In this document: positions 40,323 through 49,792 of the stretch, piece by piece
Layout of the letters: each line of letters opens with the position of its first letter
Position numbering within the stretch: the stretch's first letter is position 1
Made by a program: the position numbers and the translations under genes
Notes under the pieces: model-generated
The model's database searches: none
What the model was told of the DNA's origin: nothing
The model's input: only the letters and a program-made list of their open reading frames with translations
Assembly (NCBI GenBank): GCA_027022365.1
Contig: JALVYU010000007.1
Coordinates: 64,001 to 128,000 of the forward strand
Direction: 5' to 3'
Origin: Desulfurococcales archaeon
GTDB taxonomy: Archaea; Thermoproteota; Thermoprotei_A; Sulfolobales; Desulfurococcaceae
Length of the DNA: 64,000 bases

Positions 40323-42494
40323 ATGCCTGCAAAGACAATACTTGATTACCTGAAAAAACATGGTGGAAGGCCTCAGGAGCAGATAAAGTCTGTTAAAGAG
40401 AAAGAAGAACACCGAGAAAAACAAGCGTCTCGAGAAAAAATTGTGTCTAGTAGGCGGAAACCTGAATGGAAGATCAAAATCTGGGATTTAAGGGGAAACA
40501 TCTTAGTCATCGCTGAGAAACCTAAGGCTGCAAGCAAAATAGCGTATGCGTTATCATCTAGGTTCATGAGGAATAGATGGAAAGGAATACCTTATTACAC
40601 GATAAGAAGTAATGGAGCCAATATAATTATTGCTAGTGCAGCTGGACACCTATACGGATTATATACGGATAAACGGGGCTACCCGATTTTCCAATATGAG
40701 TGGAAACCATTATACATCATAGACCAGACAGCTAAGCATACGAAGAAATTCATTGAACTACTCGAGAAACTATCGAGAAATGCCGACTACTACGTAAATG
40801 CTTGCGACTATGATATAGAGGGATCGGTGATAGGTTATCTCATCATAAAGTTCATGGGAGACCCGGATAGAGCCTACAGGGTAAAATACTCTAGTCTAAC
40901 ACCAGCCGAGCTAAAACAAGCATTCAGAGAACTCACAGGACTAGACTATGAAATGATAGAAGCAGGTCTTTGCAGACACGAACTCGATTGGATATGGGGG
41001 ATCAATATCAGTAGAGCACTAATGGACGCAGTGAGAAAGACTTCGGGCAAAAGAACAATCCTTAGCGCGGGAAGAGTTCAGACACCAACACTAAAACACG
41101 TTGTAGATCACGAGATCGAGAGAAATCTTTTCATACCCCTCCCGCTCTTCATACCCGATGTAACAATCATCAAGAATGGAGAAAAAATACATCTAGAATA
41201 CATCTCTGGCTCTCTCGAAACAAGGAGAAAGGCAGAAGAGATCATTAAGAGCATAAAGAAAGATGGATACCTAACTGTGACCGAATATACAGAGAAGACT
41301 ATATGTCTTAACCCACCACCAGCATTCAACTTGGGCGACCTACAGGAAGAAGCCGCGAGAATCTACGGTTTCAGCCCATACAAAACCCAGAAAATAGCAG
41401 AAAAACTCTACCTCGACGCGCTTATAAGCTATCCTAGAACTAATAGCCAGAAACTCCCTCCCACACTGAATTATCGGGGAATAATGGAGAAGCTCGCGGG
41501 GATAGACAGGTATGGTTCTTTAATTGATAGACTTCTGAGGGAGACACGAGGAATACTTCAGCCTGTACAGGGCAAAAAGGACGACCCAGCACATCCAGCC
41601 ATTTATCCCACGGGGTTAAAACCGGGTAAGCTGAGCAGCGACGAATGGAAGATCTACGACTTGATAGTCCGTAGATTCCTGGCGGCGTTCGCTGAGAAGG
41701 CATCGTTGATCCAGCAGCAGGCGCGCTTCATGACTCGTGAAGGCTACGAGTTCCGCGTATCGGGGCAGAGGATAGGCAAGCTTGGATGGCTATATTACTA
41801 CTACTTCTCTAAGCCGAAGGAGAAAAGCATACCAGTTTTTATCAAGGGCGAACACGTACCCATTAAAACAGCTAGGCTACGAAGAACATATACCAGACCT
41901 CCCGAGCGGCTCACGAAAATAAAGATACTGAGATGGATGGAGAGAGTCGAAATCGGTACCGAAGCCACTAGGGCGAGAATAATAGAGTTACTGTTCAGAA
42001 GAGGATATCTTGAGGCGAAGGGAGGCAAGGTAAACGCAACAGATCTTGGGCTAGGAATCATAGAGGTATTGACTAAGTATTTCCCACAGATAACCAGTGT
42101 TGAAATGACCAGGTATTTCGAGGCGAAGATGGAGGCTATCAGATACGGTAGGGCTGAACGCGAAGAAGTAGTTGAAGAAGCTCGCCAAACAATAGTTAAG
42201 CTACTACAGGAATTTGACAGGGTCAAGGACAAGATTGGATACCTCTTATCGATAAGACTGGGGTACATTTCTCCGCACAGAAAATGCCTGGTATGTAGTA
42301 GGGAGGAATACCGCTTGGGGCTATGCTATTACCACTACATGGCATTAGAGAAAATAAGAGAAGCATATAATGAGTGGAACAGGAGAGAAGAGACAACGTT
42401 TGAAAAATTCATATCATCAATCAAGAAGCTGAGATCAACGGGTAAATGGATAACAGAGATCGTAGGGAATGATGAAGTTCTAGCCAAGCTATGA
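40323..42494 (+). CDS. topA: DNA topoisomerase IA (archaeal Topo I/III)
   Basis: IAEKP, DYDIEG, SAGRVQTP, ISYPRT catalytic Tyr, AHPAI, GTEATR. Confidence 0.97.
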   Translation: MPAKTILDYLKKHGGRPQEQIKSVKEKEEHREKQASREKIVSSRRKPEWKIKIWDLRGNILVIAEKPKAASKIAYALSSRFMRNRWKGIPYYTIRSNGANIIIASAAGHLYGLYTDKRGYPIFQYEWKPLYIIDQTAKHTKKFIELLEKLSRNADYYVNACDYDIEGSVIGYLIIKFMGDPDRAYRVKYSSLTPAELKQAFRELTGLDYEMIEAGLCRHELDWIWGINISRALMDAVRKTSGKRTILSAGRVQTPTLKHVVDHEIERNLFIPLPLFIPDVTIIKNGEKIHLEYISGSLETRRKAEEIIKSIKKDGYLTVTEYTEKTICLNPPPAFNLGDLQEEAARIYGFSPYKTQKIAEKLYLDALISYPRTNSQKLPPTLNYRGIMEKLAGIDRYGSLIDRLLRETRGILQPVQGKKDDPAHPAIYPTGLKPGKLSSDEWKIYDLIVRRFLAAFAEKASLIQQQARFMTREGYEFRVSGQRIGKLGWLYYYYFSKPKEKSIPVFIKGEHVPIKTARLRRTYTRPPERLTKIKILRWMERVEIGTEATRARIIELLFRRGYLEAKGGKVNATDLGLGIIEVLTKYFPQITSVEMTRYFEAKMEAIRYGRAEREEVVEEARQTIVKLLQEFDRVKDKIGYLLSIRLGYISPHRKCLVCSREEYRLGLCYYHYMALEKIREAYNEWNRREETTFEKFISSIKKLRSTGKWITEIVGNDEVLAKL

Positions 42495-42983
42495 TCAGAT
42501 AATGTTATGGAACCATATAGACATATATCCAAGGTATGGAATCTTGAATACTGCACCATTTACATCGAAGACTTTCCCAACAACTCTCTGGTATGGTACA
42601 CCGGGACCTGTAAATTCGAAGTAATCCTCAATAGGATTATTGTCGCCTTTCGTAACATAATAATATTCTCCATCGCGTACTACAACCTTTATAACTCTGT
42701 GTATGATGAGCTCCCCATCTATTCCACGATAAATAATAATATCACCAACATGTATGTCTTGGGGCGGACACTTATACGAGAAAACTATGTCACCCATTCG
42801 AAGAACAGGAAACATACTATAACCATCCACGACTGCGATAGGAGCCTGTGATCCCGTTACAACTGCGAGGATAGGTCTGGAGAAAATAGATAGAACAAGC
42901 ACAGCTATTATGATCGCGTCCTTTATTACCTCGGCCCTGATAATCTTGTTTTCACCGCTCTTTTTCTGGGAATTATTTGACAT
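42495..42983 (-). CDS. Signal peptidase I (Sec11 type)
   Basis: GYSMFP, IIHRV, TKGDNN, IPYLG. Confidence 0.93.
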   Translation of the reverse strand: MSNNSQKKSGENKIIRAEVIKDAIIIAVLVLSIFSRPILAVVTGSQAPIAVVDGYSMFPVLRMGDIVFSYKCPPQDIHVGDIIIYRGIDGELIIHRVIKVVVRDGEYYYVTKGDNNPIEDYFEFTGPGVPYQRVVGKVFDVNGAVFKIPYLGYMSIWFHNII

Positions 42984-43001
42984 GGTTTCGCCTTCGCATA
43001 T

Positions 43002-43307
43002 CTAGTCGAGATCATCTATATCGATCACTATTTCTTTAACTCTCCTTTCTTCATGTTCTCCCTCACCGCCTAGAACTTTTTTACCCTTAGTACCTTCGAC
43101 TTCGATGCTTGTGCCACCGACCTTTAATTTGCTAACAACCCCTCTCCACTTGTAGCCGCAATCTTTGCATTGAAGAGAGCCCATAACCGTAATCGTTATG
43201 CGTCCTTTCTTATCCGGTAGTGGTGCTACTAATTGCCATGTCTTGATTACTTCTATATTCCTAGAGCCGCACCGTGGGCATTTGAGTTCTTTCTTTTTTC
43301 TCGGCAT
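43002..43307 (-). CDS. Cren7-like chromatin protein, Zn-ribbon variant
   Basis: KTWQLVAPLPDKKGRITITVMG resembles the Cren7 core (KVWALAP..KG..IG); flanked by CPRC and CKDC. Confidence 0.65.
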   Translation of the reverse strand: MPRKKKELKCPRCGSRNIEVIKTWQLVAPLPDKKGRITITVMGSLQCKDCGYKWRGVVSKLKVGGTSIEVEGTKGKKVLGGEGEHEERRVKEIVIDIDDLD

Positions 43308-43324
43308 CTATCAACCCCTCATTG

Positions 43325-43666
43325 TCAACATATAAGCGGGGTTATTATCGTGATTATCAATAGTGACGCGGGAACTATAAATGTATCATATCTCTTCAAA
43401 TCGCTTAGCACGGCTTTAGCTATGTAATAGGAATCGATAATCAGAACAATAAGCAGAATGAATATGCCGATTAATGTGTTGATTATTCCTGCTCTCACGA
43501 TAAGGGTAATGTCAAGGAGAGAAAGAATAATGGTGCAGAAGAGAAGGAACAACCAGTGTCGTTTAATCCTATATGATACGCAGGCATAGTACACAGAAAG
43601 GATAACGAGTCCTATTATCGCCCAAAAACTGATCCAAGCATACATGTTATTATCATCTCTACCCAT
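43325..43666 (-). CDS. Hypothetical membrane protein
   Basis: About four hydrophobic helices. Confidence 0.65.
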   Translation of the reverse strand: MGRDDNNMYAWISFWAIIGLVILSVYYACVSYRIKRHWLFLLFCTIILSLLDITLIVRAGIINTLIGIFILLIVLIIDSYYIAKAVLSDLKRYDTFIVPASLLIITIITPLIC

Positions 43667-43691
43667 ACTTTTGTATCTAGGTGTATGGGAT

Positions 43692-45011
43692 ATGACGTAC
43701 TATAGCTTTACCGCGGTTCCCGATGAGATATTCAAGATAAAAACAGTTCGCGCCAGAATGGTTCTCGATTCTAGAGGAAACCCAACAGTACAGGTAATGG
43801 TGATAACGGAGGCCGGCGGGGTAGGCATAGCTAACGCACCTAGTGGCGCCTCAACGGGAAAACATGAGGCAGTAGAGCTGCGTGACGGTGGAAAAGAATG
43901 GCATGGTAAAGGTGTGAGCAAAGCTGTCGAGAACGTCAACACCGTCATAGCTGAAGCCCTTAAAGGGATGGATGTACGTAATCAGAGAGAAATCGATATG
44001 AAAATGATCGAGATAGACGGCACACCCAATAAGAGTAGGTTAGGGGGAAACGCTATTGTAGCGACGAGTCTAGCAGTAGCAAAAGCGGCTGCTGCGACCC
44101 TTGAAATACCGCTCTATCTCTACCTCGGCGGTAAATATGCTGACACCCTTCCTGTCCCAATGCTCAATATCATTAATGGAGGTGCGCATGCCGGCAATAA
44201 ATTGGACTTTCAGGAGTTCATGATAGTCCCTGTAGGTTTCAAGAAATTCAGAGACGCGATCAGAGCAGCTGTCGAGACTTACCATGAGCTGAAAAAACTG
44301 CTTAAACAAAAATATGGGCCCAGCGCAGTCAATGTCGGTGATGAAGGAGGCTATGCTCCACCCATGGAGACGATTAGAGAAGCCCTTGACGCCTTAGTTG
44401 AAGCGATAAAGGCGGCTGGCTATGAGCCTGGAAAAGACATAGCGCTAGCGATTGATGCTGCCAGTAGCCAGTTCTATGACGAGAAGCGCGACGTATACCT
44501 TGTTGAGGGCAAGGCGTACAAGAGAGATGATATGATCAGGCTATACAAGGAACTAGTAGAAGAATACCCGATAGTGAGCATAGAAGATCCCCTGTATGAG
44601 GAAGACTTTGAAGGATTTGCGGAAATAACGAAAGCGCTGGGCAACAAGGTATTGATCGTTGGAGACGACATTTATACCACAAACCCAGAGAGATTCAGAA
44701 AAGGCATCGAGACGGGCTCATCAAACGCTATACTTGTAAAGGTAAACCAGATCGGTACATTGACCGAGACCCTAGAAGTAATAAAGATGGCCCACCGTAA
44801 AGGACTAAGAACAATAATCAGTCACAGAAGCGGAGAAACCGAAGATACAACTATCGCGGACATTGCTGTAGGCTTTAACGCTGGATTGATCAAGACCGGC
44901 GCTCCTGCTAGGGGAGAGAGAACCGCCAAGTATAATAGATTGCTCGAAATAGAGCTAGAGCTTGAATCACCGTATTATCCGGGAATAGAGATGTTCTTGA
45001 GGAGATTCTAG
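43692..45011 (+). CDS. eno: Enolase
   Basis: DSRGNPTV, PSGASTG, GDEGG, SHRSGET, KYNRLL; start moved to ATG 43692. Confidence 0.98.
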   Translation: MTYYSFTAVPDEIFKIKTVRARMVLDSRGNPTVQVMVITEAGGVGIANAPSGASTGKHEAVELRDGGKEWHGKGVSKAVENVNTVIAEALKGMDVRNQREIDMKMIEIDGTPNKSRLGGNAIVATSLAVAKAAAATLEIPLYLYLGGKYADTLPVPMLNIINGGAHAGNKLDFQEFMIVPVGFKKFRDAIRAAVETYHELKKLLKQKYGPSAVNVGDEGGYAPPMETIREALDALVEAIKAAGYEPGKDIALAIDAASSQFYDEKRDVYLVEGKAYKRDDMIRLYKELVEEYPIVSIEDPLYEEDFEGFAEITKALGNKVLIVGDDIYTTNPERFRKGIETGSSNAILVKVNQIGTLTETLEVIKMAHRKGLRTIISHRSGETEDTTIADIAVGFNAGLIKTGAPARGERTAKYNRLLEIELELESPYYPGIEMFLRRF

Positions 45012-45083
45012 ATTATTTCATCGAAAAACTTTTTTATAACAAACCATCCGGTATAAGCCACTGGTTTCTTAAAACACACCAGG

Positions 45084-45347
45084 TTATGGTAGTATTATGC
45101 CTATCACTATTAGTGCAATAGCGCTCAGCACTACAACTTTTAGAAACTGCGAAATAGTCATATTAGGCAACTCCCTAACGAGACGCACTAGTACATATAT
45201 ACCGAACCCGACACCCATTACAAGCAGTATTCCTATACCAATAAGTATCAGCGCCGTTCCAATTCCCTGCAATGATGCACCACCAAATATACCGGATAAC
45301 GCCTTCGCAGCACTAGCCAGAGCCTCTAACCCCATGCTAATCACCAT
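45084..45347 (-). CDS. Small hypothetical membrane protein
   Basis: Two to three hydrophobic helices. Confidence 0.6.
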   Translation of the reverse strand: MVISMGLEALASAAKALSGIFGGASLQGIGTALILIGIGILLVMGVGFGIYVLVRLVRELPNMTISQFLKVVVLSAIALIVIGIILP

Positions 45348-45397
45348 CTATTTAATCAAACTTGGATAACTAGATAAACCCCAAGACCCATAGCACA

Positions 45398-45480
45398 CGA
45401 ATGATGATGAGGGTTAAAAGCGTGGTAGCCCCGTGATCTTTTGTAGGCGGGGCAATGCCAGGTGCCAGGCTTCTGATTTG
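45398..45480 (+). ncRNA. Atypical box C/D sRNA candidate with internal hairpin, upstream of cdvA
   Basis: ATGATGA box C, CTGA at 45473, internal stem TGGTA-GCCCCG...CGGGGC-AA-TGCCA; GC-rich island. Confidence 0.65.
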
Positions 45481-45549
45481 TCCATTATTTTTTAAGCTTT
45501 CCTTGAACCCATAGACTCTTGGAAACTCATTTGATGGAGGGGTTCCCGG

Positions 45550-46239
45550 GTGTCAGATCTGAAGGTCGAGAATATAGAAAAATACCTTGGCAAACCAGTA
45601 AACGATCCTTACGGTAGAAGACTAGGTCACATAGTCAGCTTCTATAGCGATGCTGATGGGAATGTGACGCACCTAGAGGTAAGCCTTGGAGAGATAGAGT
45701 TTAAACAGATCCCTATAGACAGATTCGTTTTCAAGGATGGCGAGGCGATCCTGGTACCTGAGTGGGAGTATGAAGCCAAAGTTGTTGAAGGAAGACTCGA
45801 GAGGCTAAGGAAGAGGAAGATCGCACTAGAAGACCTATATGCTAAGAAGGAGATACCCCGCCACGCCTACGATACCTTCAAGAAGAAGCTGGAAGAGTCT
45901 CTAATGAAGGCTAAGGATGAGGCCAAGAAGGTAAAGGAACTACTAAAGAAGAGACAGTATGAGCTCGAAGACATTATCCTAGAGCTAGAGAAGGCAATGA
46001 CCAGCCTCAAGGTCAGTTACATGGCTGGGGAGATACCGGATAAGGCATACAAGACAGCAGCAGATCAAGTTAGGAAGCATCTGGACCATACACAGCTAGA
46101 GAAGGAAAGCGTGAAGAAGCACCTAGAGAAGATCGAGGCATTAGAGAAGGAGCCAATAGATATTGGGCCAGTCAACAAGAACGAGGAGCAGGTACCATCA
46201 TCGGAGCAGCCTCTACCAGTAGTAGTGCTGGAAGGATAA
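45550..46239 (+). CDS. cdvA: Cell division protein CdvA
   Basis: PRC-barrel start (GKPVNDPYGRRLG), PEW, coiled coil, C-terminal PLPVVVL peptide. Confidence 0.93.
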   Translation: MSDLKVENIEKYLGKPVNDPYGRRLGHIVSFYSDADGNVTHLEVSLGEIEFKQIPIDRFVFKDGEAILVPEWEYEAKVVEGRLERLRKRKIALEDLYAKKEIPRHAYDTFKKKLEESLMKAKDEAKKVKELLKKRQYELEDIILELEKAMTSLKVSYMAGEIPDKAYKTAADQVRKHLDHTQLEKESVKKHLEKIEALEKEPIDIGPVNKNEEQVPSSEQPLPVVVLEG

Positions 46240-46249
46240 GGTATTTTCC

Positions 46250-46260
46250 AGGTAGTACCT
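46250..46260. promoter_or_regulatory. Palindrome AGGTA-G-TACCT upstream of cdvB
   Basis: Perfect 5-bp arms; TATA-like CTTAAAAA about 10 bp downstream. Confidence 0.45.
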
Positions 46261-46331
46261 TGTCAGGTGCTTAAAAACATGTTTTTGAACCACAAGATAA
46301 ACGGGTTCAATAACACGAGGGGTGCAATATA

Positions 46332-47135
46332 GTGAGCCTAGCAATACGGAATGTCAGGGGTTTATTCTCGCGGATATTTGGGTTCAGAGGCAGTAGCGAT
46401 CCTGTAAGGAAAACAATAGCGGAGGCCATTGCACAGATAGACAGGATGCTCCTCGATATAGAGGGTACGATCAATAATCTCAAGGAAATGCAGGAAGAAC
46501 ACAGTAGAAAAGCCGAAATGTTTGCAAGACAAGGCAAGAATGAATATGAGAAAATATTCCTGGACGAGCTTACTCACATAAGTAAGCTTCTCTCAATATT
46601 CGATCTTGTAAGAATAGATCTTGTTCGTGTGAAAGTCAGGCTTAAGACTCTAACCCATGTAGAAGAGCCTCTAAAGCATTTACCCGAAATAATTCAAGAG
46701 CTCGAGATGATAAAGCCAAAGATTGAGAAGATAGCGCCTGATCTAGCGATGGCCGTGATGGAGATTGAGAGAAAGGTATCCAGTATAATGACAAGCACTA
46801 ATCTCACAAATTCTCCATTACCCGGAATCCATAGCTCGTCCCCAATCAACTCTGCGATGAAGGAAGCGGAGCCGGTGAAGAAAACGCTGCCTCCCCTACC
46901 ACCGGAGGGGGAGCCCATAGGAGCAGCTCAACTAGTCATAGCCCCCAAAAGGGCATCAATGAATGCGAGAGCCTCAATAGATCTCATTAAGACATGGCTT
47001 ATCGAAGAGATAAAGTCAACTGGTGGTGTACTAGATATATCTTCGTTCTGTAAGAAGTATGGTGTCACAAGAAGCCAGGTCTTCATGGCTCTACAGATGC
47101 TTGAGAGAGAAGGTAAAATAAAGCTTTCCAGGTGA
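46332..47135 (+). CDS. cdvB: Cell division protein CdvB (ESCRT-III)
   Basis: Snf7-like helical core, Pro-rich MIM2-like LPPLPPE, C-terminal winged helix; between cdvA and cdvC. Confidence 0.92.
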   Translation: MSLAIRNVRGLFSRIFGFRGSSDPVRKTIAEAIAQIDRMLLDIEGTINNLKEMQEEHSRKAEMFARQGKNEYEKIFLDELTHISKLLSIFDLVRIDLVRVKVRLKTLTHVEEPLKHLPEIIQELEMIKPKIEKIAPDLAMAVMEIERKVSSIMTSTNLTNSPLPGIHSSSPINSAMKEAEPVKKTLPPLPPEGEPIGAAQLVIAPKRASMNARASIDLIKTWLIEEIKSTGGVLDISSFCKKYGVTRSQVFMALQMLEREGKIKLSR

Positions 47136-47191
47136 GATTTTACCCAATAGTTTTCTCGCCTTAACAATCATCTAATGAGGTAGATGATAGT

Positions 47192-48334
47192 ATGCCTTCA
47201 CAGTATCTAATAGAAAAAGGAACCGAATATGCTCATTTGGCTGTGGAAGCTGATAGGAAGGGTGATTATGAAAAAGCGATCAAGTACTATAAGGCAGCTA
47301 TTGAAATGTTTGTGAGATTCCTTAGACTATATCCTGATAGTTCTATGGCGGACTTCTACGCAGCCCTTGTTAAAAAGTATAGGTTAAGGATCAGGAAACT
47401 GGAGCAACATATACAAAAAGTTAGTGTGGGAGGGAGGTCAAGGGAGAAAGAAAATGCTGACGATATAGAGGTGATTTATCCGAATCAAAGAAACCCGATT
47501 AGGTTCAATGATGTCGTGGATCTTGAGCATGTGAAGCTTGCTCTGAAACGCGCAGTGATAATACCGACTCTTCATCCCGAATTATTTCCTCTGGGTTGGC
47601 CCAAGGGAATACTGTTGTTCGGTCCGCCGGGCTGCGGAAAGACACTTATTGCGTATGCTCTTGCAAACGAGATCAATGCTGCGCTGATAGATGTTAGCCC
47701 GGCGACTATAATGTCGAAATGGCTTGGTGAGGCCGAGAAGAACGTGAAGAGAGTGTTTGATAAAGCCCGCCGGATAGCGTCGGAGGGGACGCCTGTATTG
47801 ATTTTTATTGATGAGGTTGATGGCCTTCTGCAGCAGTATAGTGATGAGGTCGGTGGTGAAAAGCGTGTGCGTAACCAGTTTCTAATGGAGATGGATGGGC
47901 TTAAGGAGAAGCAAAACAACCGTGTACCAGTATTCGTTATTGGGACAACCAACAAGCCATGGCAACTCGACATCGGATTTATCCGGAGATTCGCGAAAAG
48001 AATCTATGTCCCGCCACCAAATAAGGAGGTTAGGAAACAGTTGTTCCAGCACTACATAACTAAACTTGCAGCAGTATATGAGGTAGCTGATATTGATCTC
48101 GATAAACTAGCTGAGCTAACAGAGGGATATAGTAGCGCCGATATTGAGACAATAGTTAAAGAAGTACAGTTCAATATAGCCCAGGAACACTTCGAGAAAA
48201 ACAATGGAATAGGGAAACCACGCCCCATTACACTTGATGACTTCATAAAGGTGATCAAAGCCCATAAGCCGAGCATAAGTCCGGAGATGCTCAAAGCATA
48301 CGAGTTATGGAACGATAAGCACGGGACAACATGA
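47192..48334 (+). CDS. cdvC: Cell division AAA ATPase CdvC (Vps4)
   Basis: MIT domain (AVEADRKGDYEKAIKYY), GPPGCGKT, SKWLGEAEK, DEVD, FIRRF. Confidence 0.95.
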   Translation: MPSQYLIEKGTEYAHLAVEADRKGDYEKAIKYYKAAIEMFVRFLRLYPDSSMADFYAALVKKYRLRIRKLEQHIQKVSVGGRSREKENADDIEVIYPNQRNPIRFNDVVDLEHVKLALKRAVIIPTLHPELFPLGWPKGILLFGPPGCGKTLIAYALANEINAALIDVSPATIMSKWLGEAEKNVKRVFDKARRIASEGTPVLIFIDEVDGLLQQYSDEVGGEKRVRNQFLMEMDGLKEKQNNRVPVFVIGTTNKPWQLDIGFIRRFAKRIYVPPPNKEVRKQLFQHYITKLAAVYEVADIDLDKLAELTEGYSSADIETIVKEVQFNIAQEHFEKNNGIGKPRPITLDDFIKVIKAHKPSISPEMLKAYELWNDKHGTT

Positions 48335-48373
48335 GAACGAGGCTATAAACCCGGGAGCCCCGATGATTATCTT

Positions 48374-48460
48374 GGGGCCCCGGCCCCGATGCAGAGAGTC
48401 ATGCCAGAACGAACCACGGATGTGTTTACCCCCTGGGGTAGCTTGAGGGTCCGGGGCCCC
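48374..48460. ncRNA. GC-rich structured RNA candidate
   Basis: Terminal stem GGGGCCCCGG/CCGGGGCCCC, inner hairpin TACCCC..GGGGTA, TATAAA about 25 nt upstream on the + strand. Confidence 0.5.
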
Positions 48461-48571
48461 TCCATCAGCTTCATCCTATCCTCTTACATCATTTCTTCCG
48501 TCATGATACCAATACCTAAAAATCCGTAGATAGATATTGTTAATTAGCTTGGTAAGTAATTTGGTGAAAAC

Positions 48572-49366
48572 ATGCTCATACAGAGACCTATTAGGAGTAT
48601 TAGCCTAGATAGAATCATTATACATGAGTATTATAACCCATATGAGGAGCCTACCCCAAAGTACCTTGTCCTAGGCCTGCCGGACGCCGGCTTGGTGGGA
48701 GCTATTGCCAGTAGATACTTAGTGACTAGCAAGAACATGAAACTCGTCGGAGAGATAGATTCTCCGACGCTATTCCCGCCTGTTACGGTGGTGCACAAAC
48801 ACACGCCTATGAGCCCAATACAGCTATACATGAGCGATGACAGAAAAATATTGGTACTGGTCAGCGAAGCCCCCATACCAGCGCCAGCAATATATCCACT
48901 CTCGTACGCTATAATAGAGTATGCCCGGGAAATAGGTATACAATACATTCTCAGTCTATCAGGAATAGCTGTGCCAAACAGACTACAAATAGCTAAGCCT
49001 AAACTCTACTACTTAGCGAGCAATGACAAGTTGGCCGAGGAAGCGGAAAAACTAGGATTCAACAGGCTGGAAGAAGGCTTCATCGCAGGACCCTACGCAG
49101 TCATAATGAAGGAGTCGAGGAGAAGAAATATCAACAATCTCGCAATATTTTCTGAGAGCTTCTTTGACCTACCGGATCCGGAGGCAGCGGCAACAGCATT
49201 AACAGGGTTATCAAAATTCATAGGGATAGAGATCAATGTTGATAAACTACTCGAAGAAGCAGAGCTCCTAAAACTACAGACCAGAGAGCTCATGAGACAA
49301 ACCAAGAAGGCTATGACGGAGATGCAGAAACACTACGAAAAACAGATGCCCCTCATGTATCAATAG
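48572..49366 (+). CDS. PAC2-family proteasome assembly chaperone
   Basis: GLPDAGLVGAIA, PDPEAA, LLEEAE, C-terminal MYQ (HbYX-like). Confidence 0.88.
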   Translation: MLIQRPIRSISLDRIIIHEYYNPYEEPTPKYLVLGLPDAGLVGAIASRYLVTSKNMKLVGEIDSPTLFPPVTVVHKHTPMSPIQLYMSDDRKILVLVSEAPIPAPAIYPLSYAIIEYAREIGIQYILSLSGIAVPNRLQIAKPKLYYLASNDKLAEEAEKLGFNRLEEGFIAGPYAVIMKESRRRNINNLAIFSESFFDLPDPEAAATALTGLSKFIGIEINVDKLLEEAELLKLQTRELMRQTKKAMTEMQKHYEKQMPLMYQ

Positions 49367-49368
49367 GG

Positions 49369-49785
49369 GTGAGAAACATGAGCTTCGAAGAATTCTTCGA
49401 AAAAATTAGGAGGCGGATGAAGGAAATATTTGAGGAAATGGAAGAGGAGCTATCATCAACAAGGACGATGTGGAGCCCCGACGGAGTACTAGAACCGCTT
49501 GTATCTTTCACTGCTTATCCCGAACACTACGAGTTAGTTGTGGACTTGCCATATGGTGATCTAAATGCCCTATCAGTAGAGGTTAGAGATGGCTTGTTGA
49601 CTCTAAGATGCCAGCTTAAGCGTGAAATACGTTTTGAGAAATGGGGTGTCTTCAGAGAAATAAAATTTAGGAGATACGAGACGTGCGTTAGACTACCACC
49701 AGACGCTGATCCTTCTGGTCTACGTGTTGAGCGTGATCATACGAGGAACATTATAAGGATAATCATACCCCGCGTAAGAAAGTGA
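49369..49785 (+). CDS. Small heat shock protein (Hsp20)
   Basis: LEPLV...VVDLP...VRLP alpha-crystallin domain. Confidence 0.85.
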   Translation: MRNMSFEEFFEKIRRRMKEIFEEMEEELSSTRTMWSPDGVLEPLVSFTAYPEHYELVVDLPYGDLNALSVEVRDGLLTLRCQLKREIRFEKWGVFREIKFRRYETCVRLPPDADPSGLRVERDHTRNIIRIIIPRVRK

Positions 49786-49792
49786 ATGTTTT

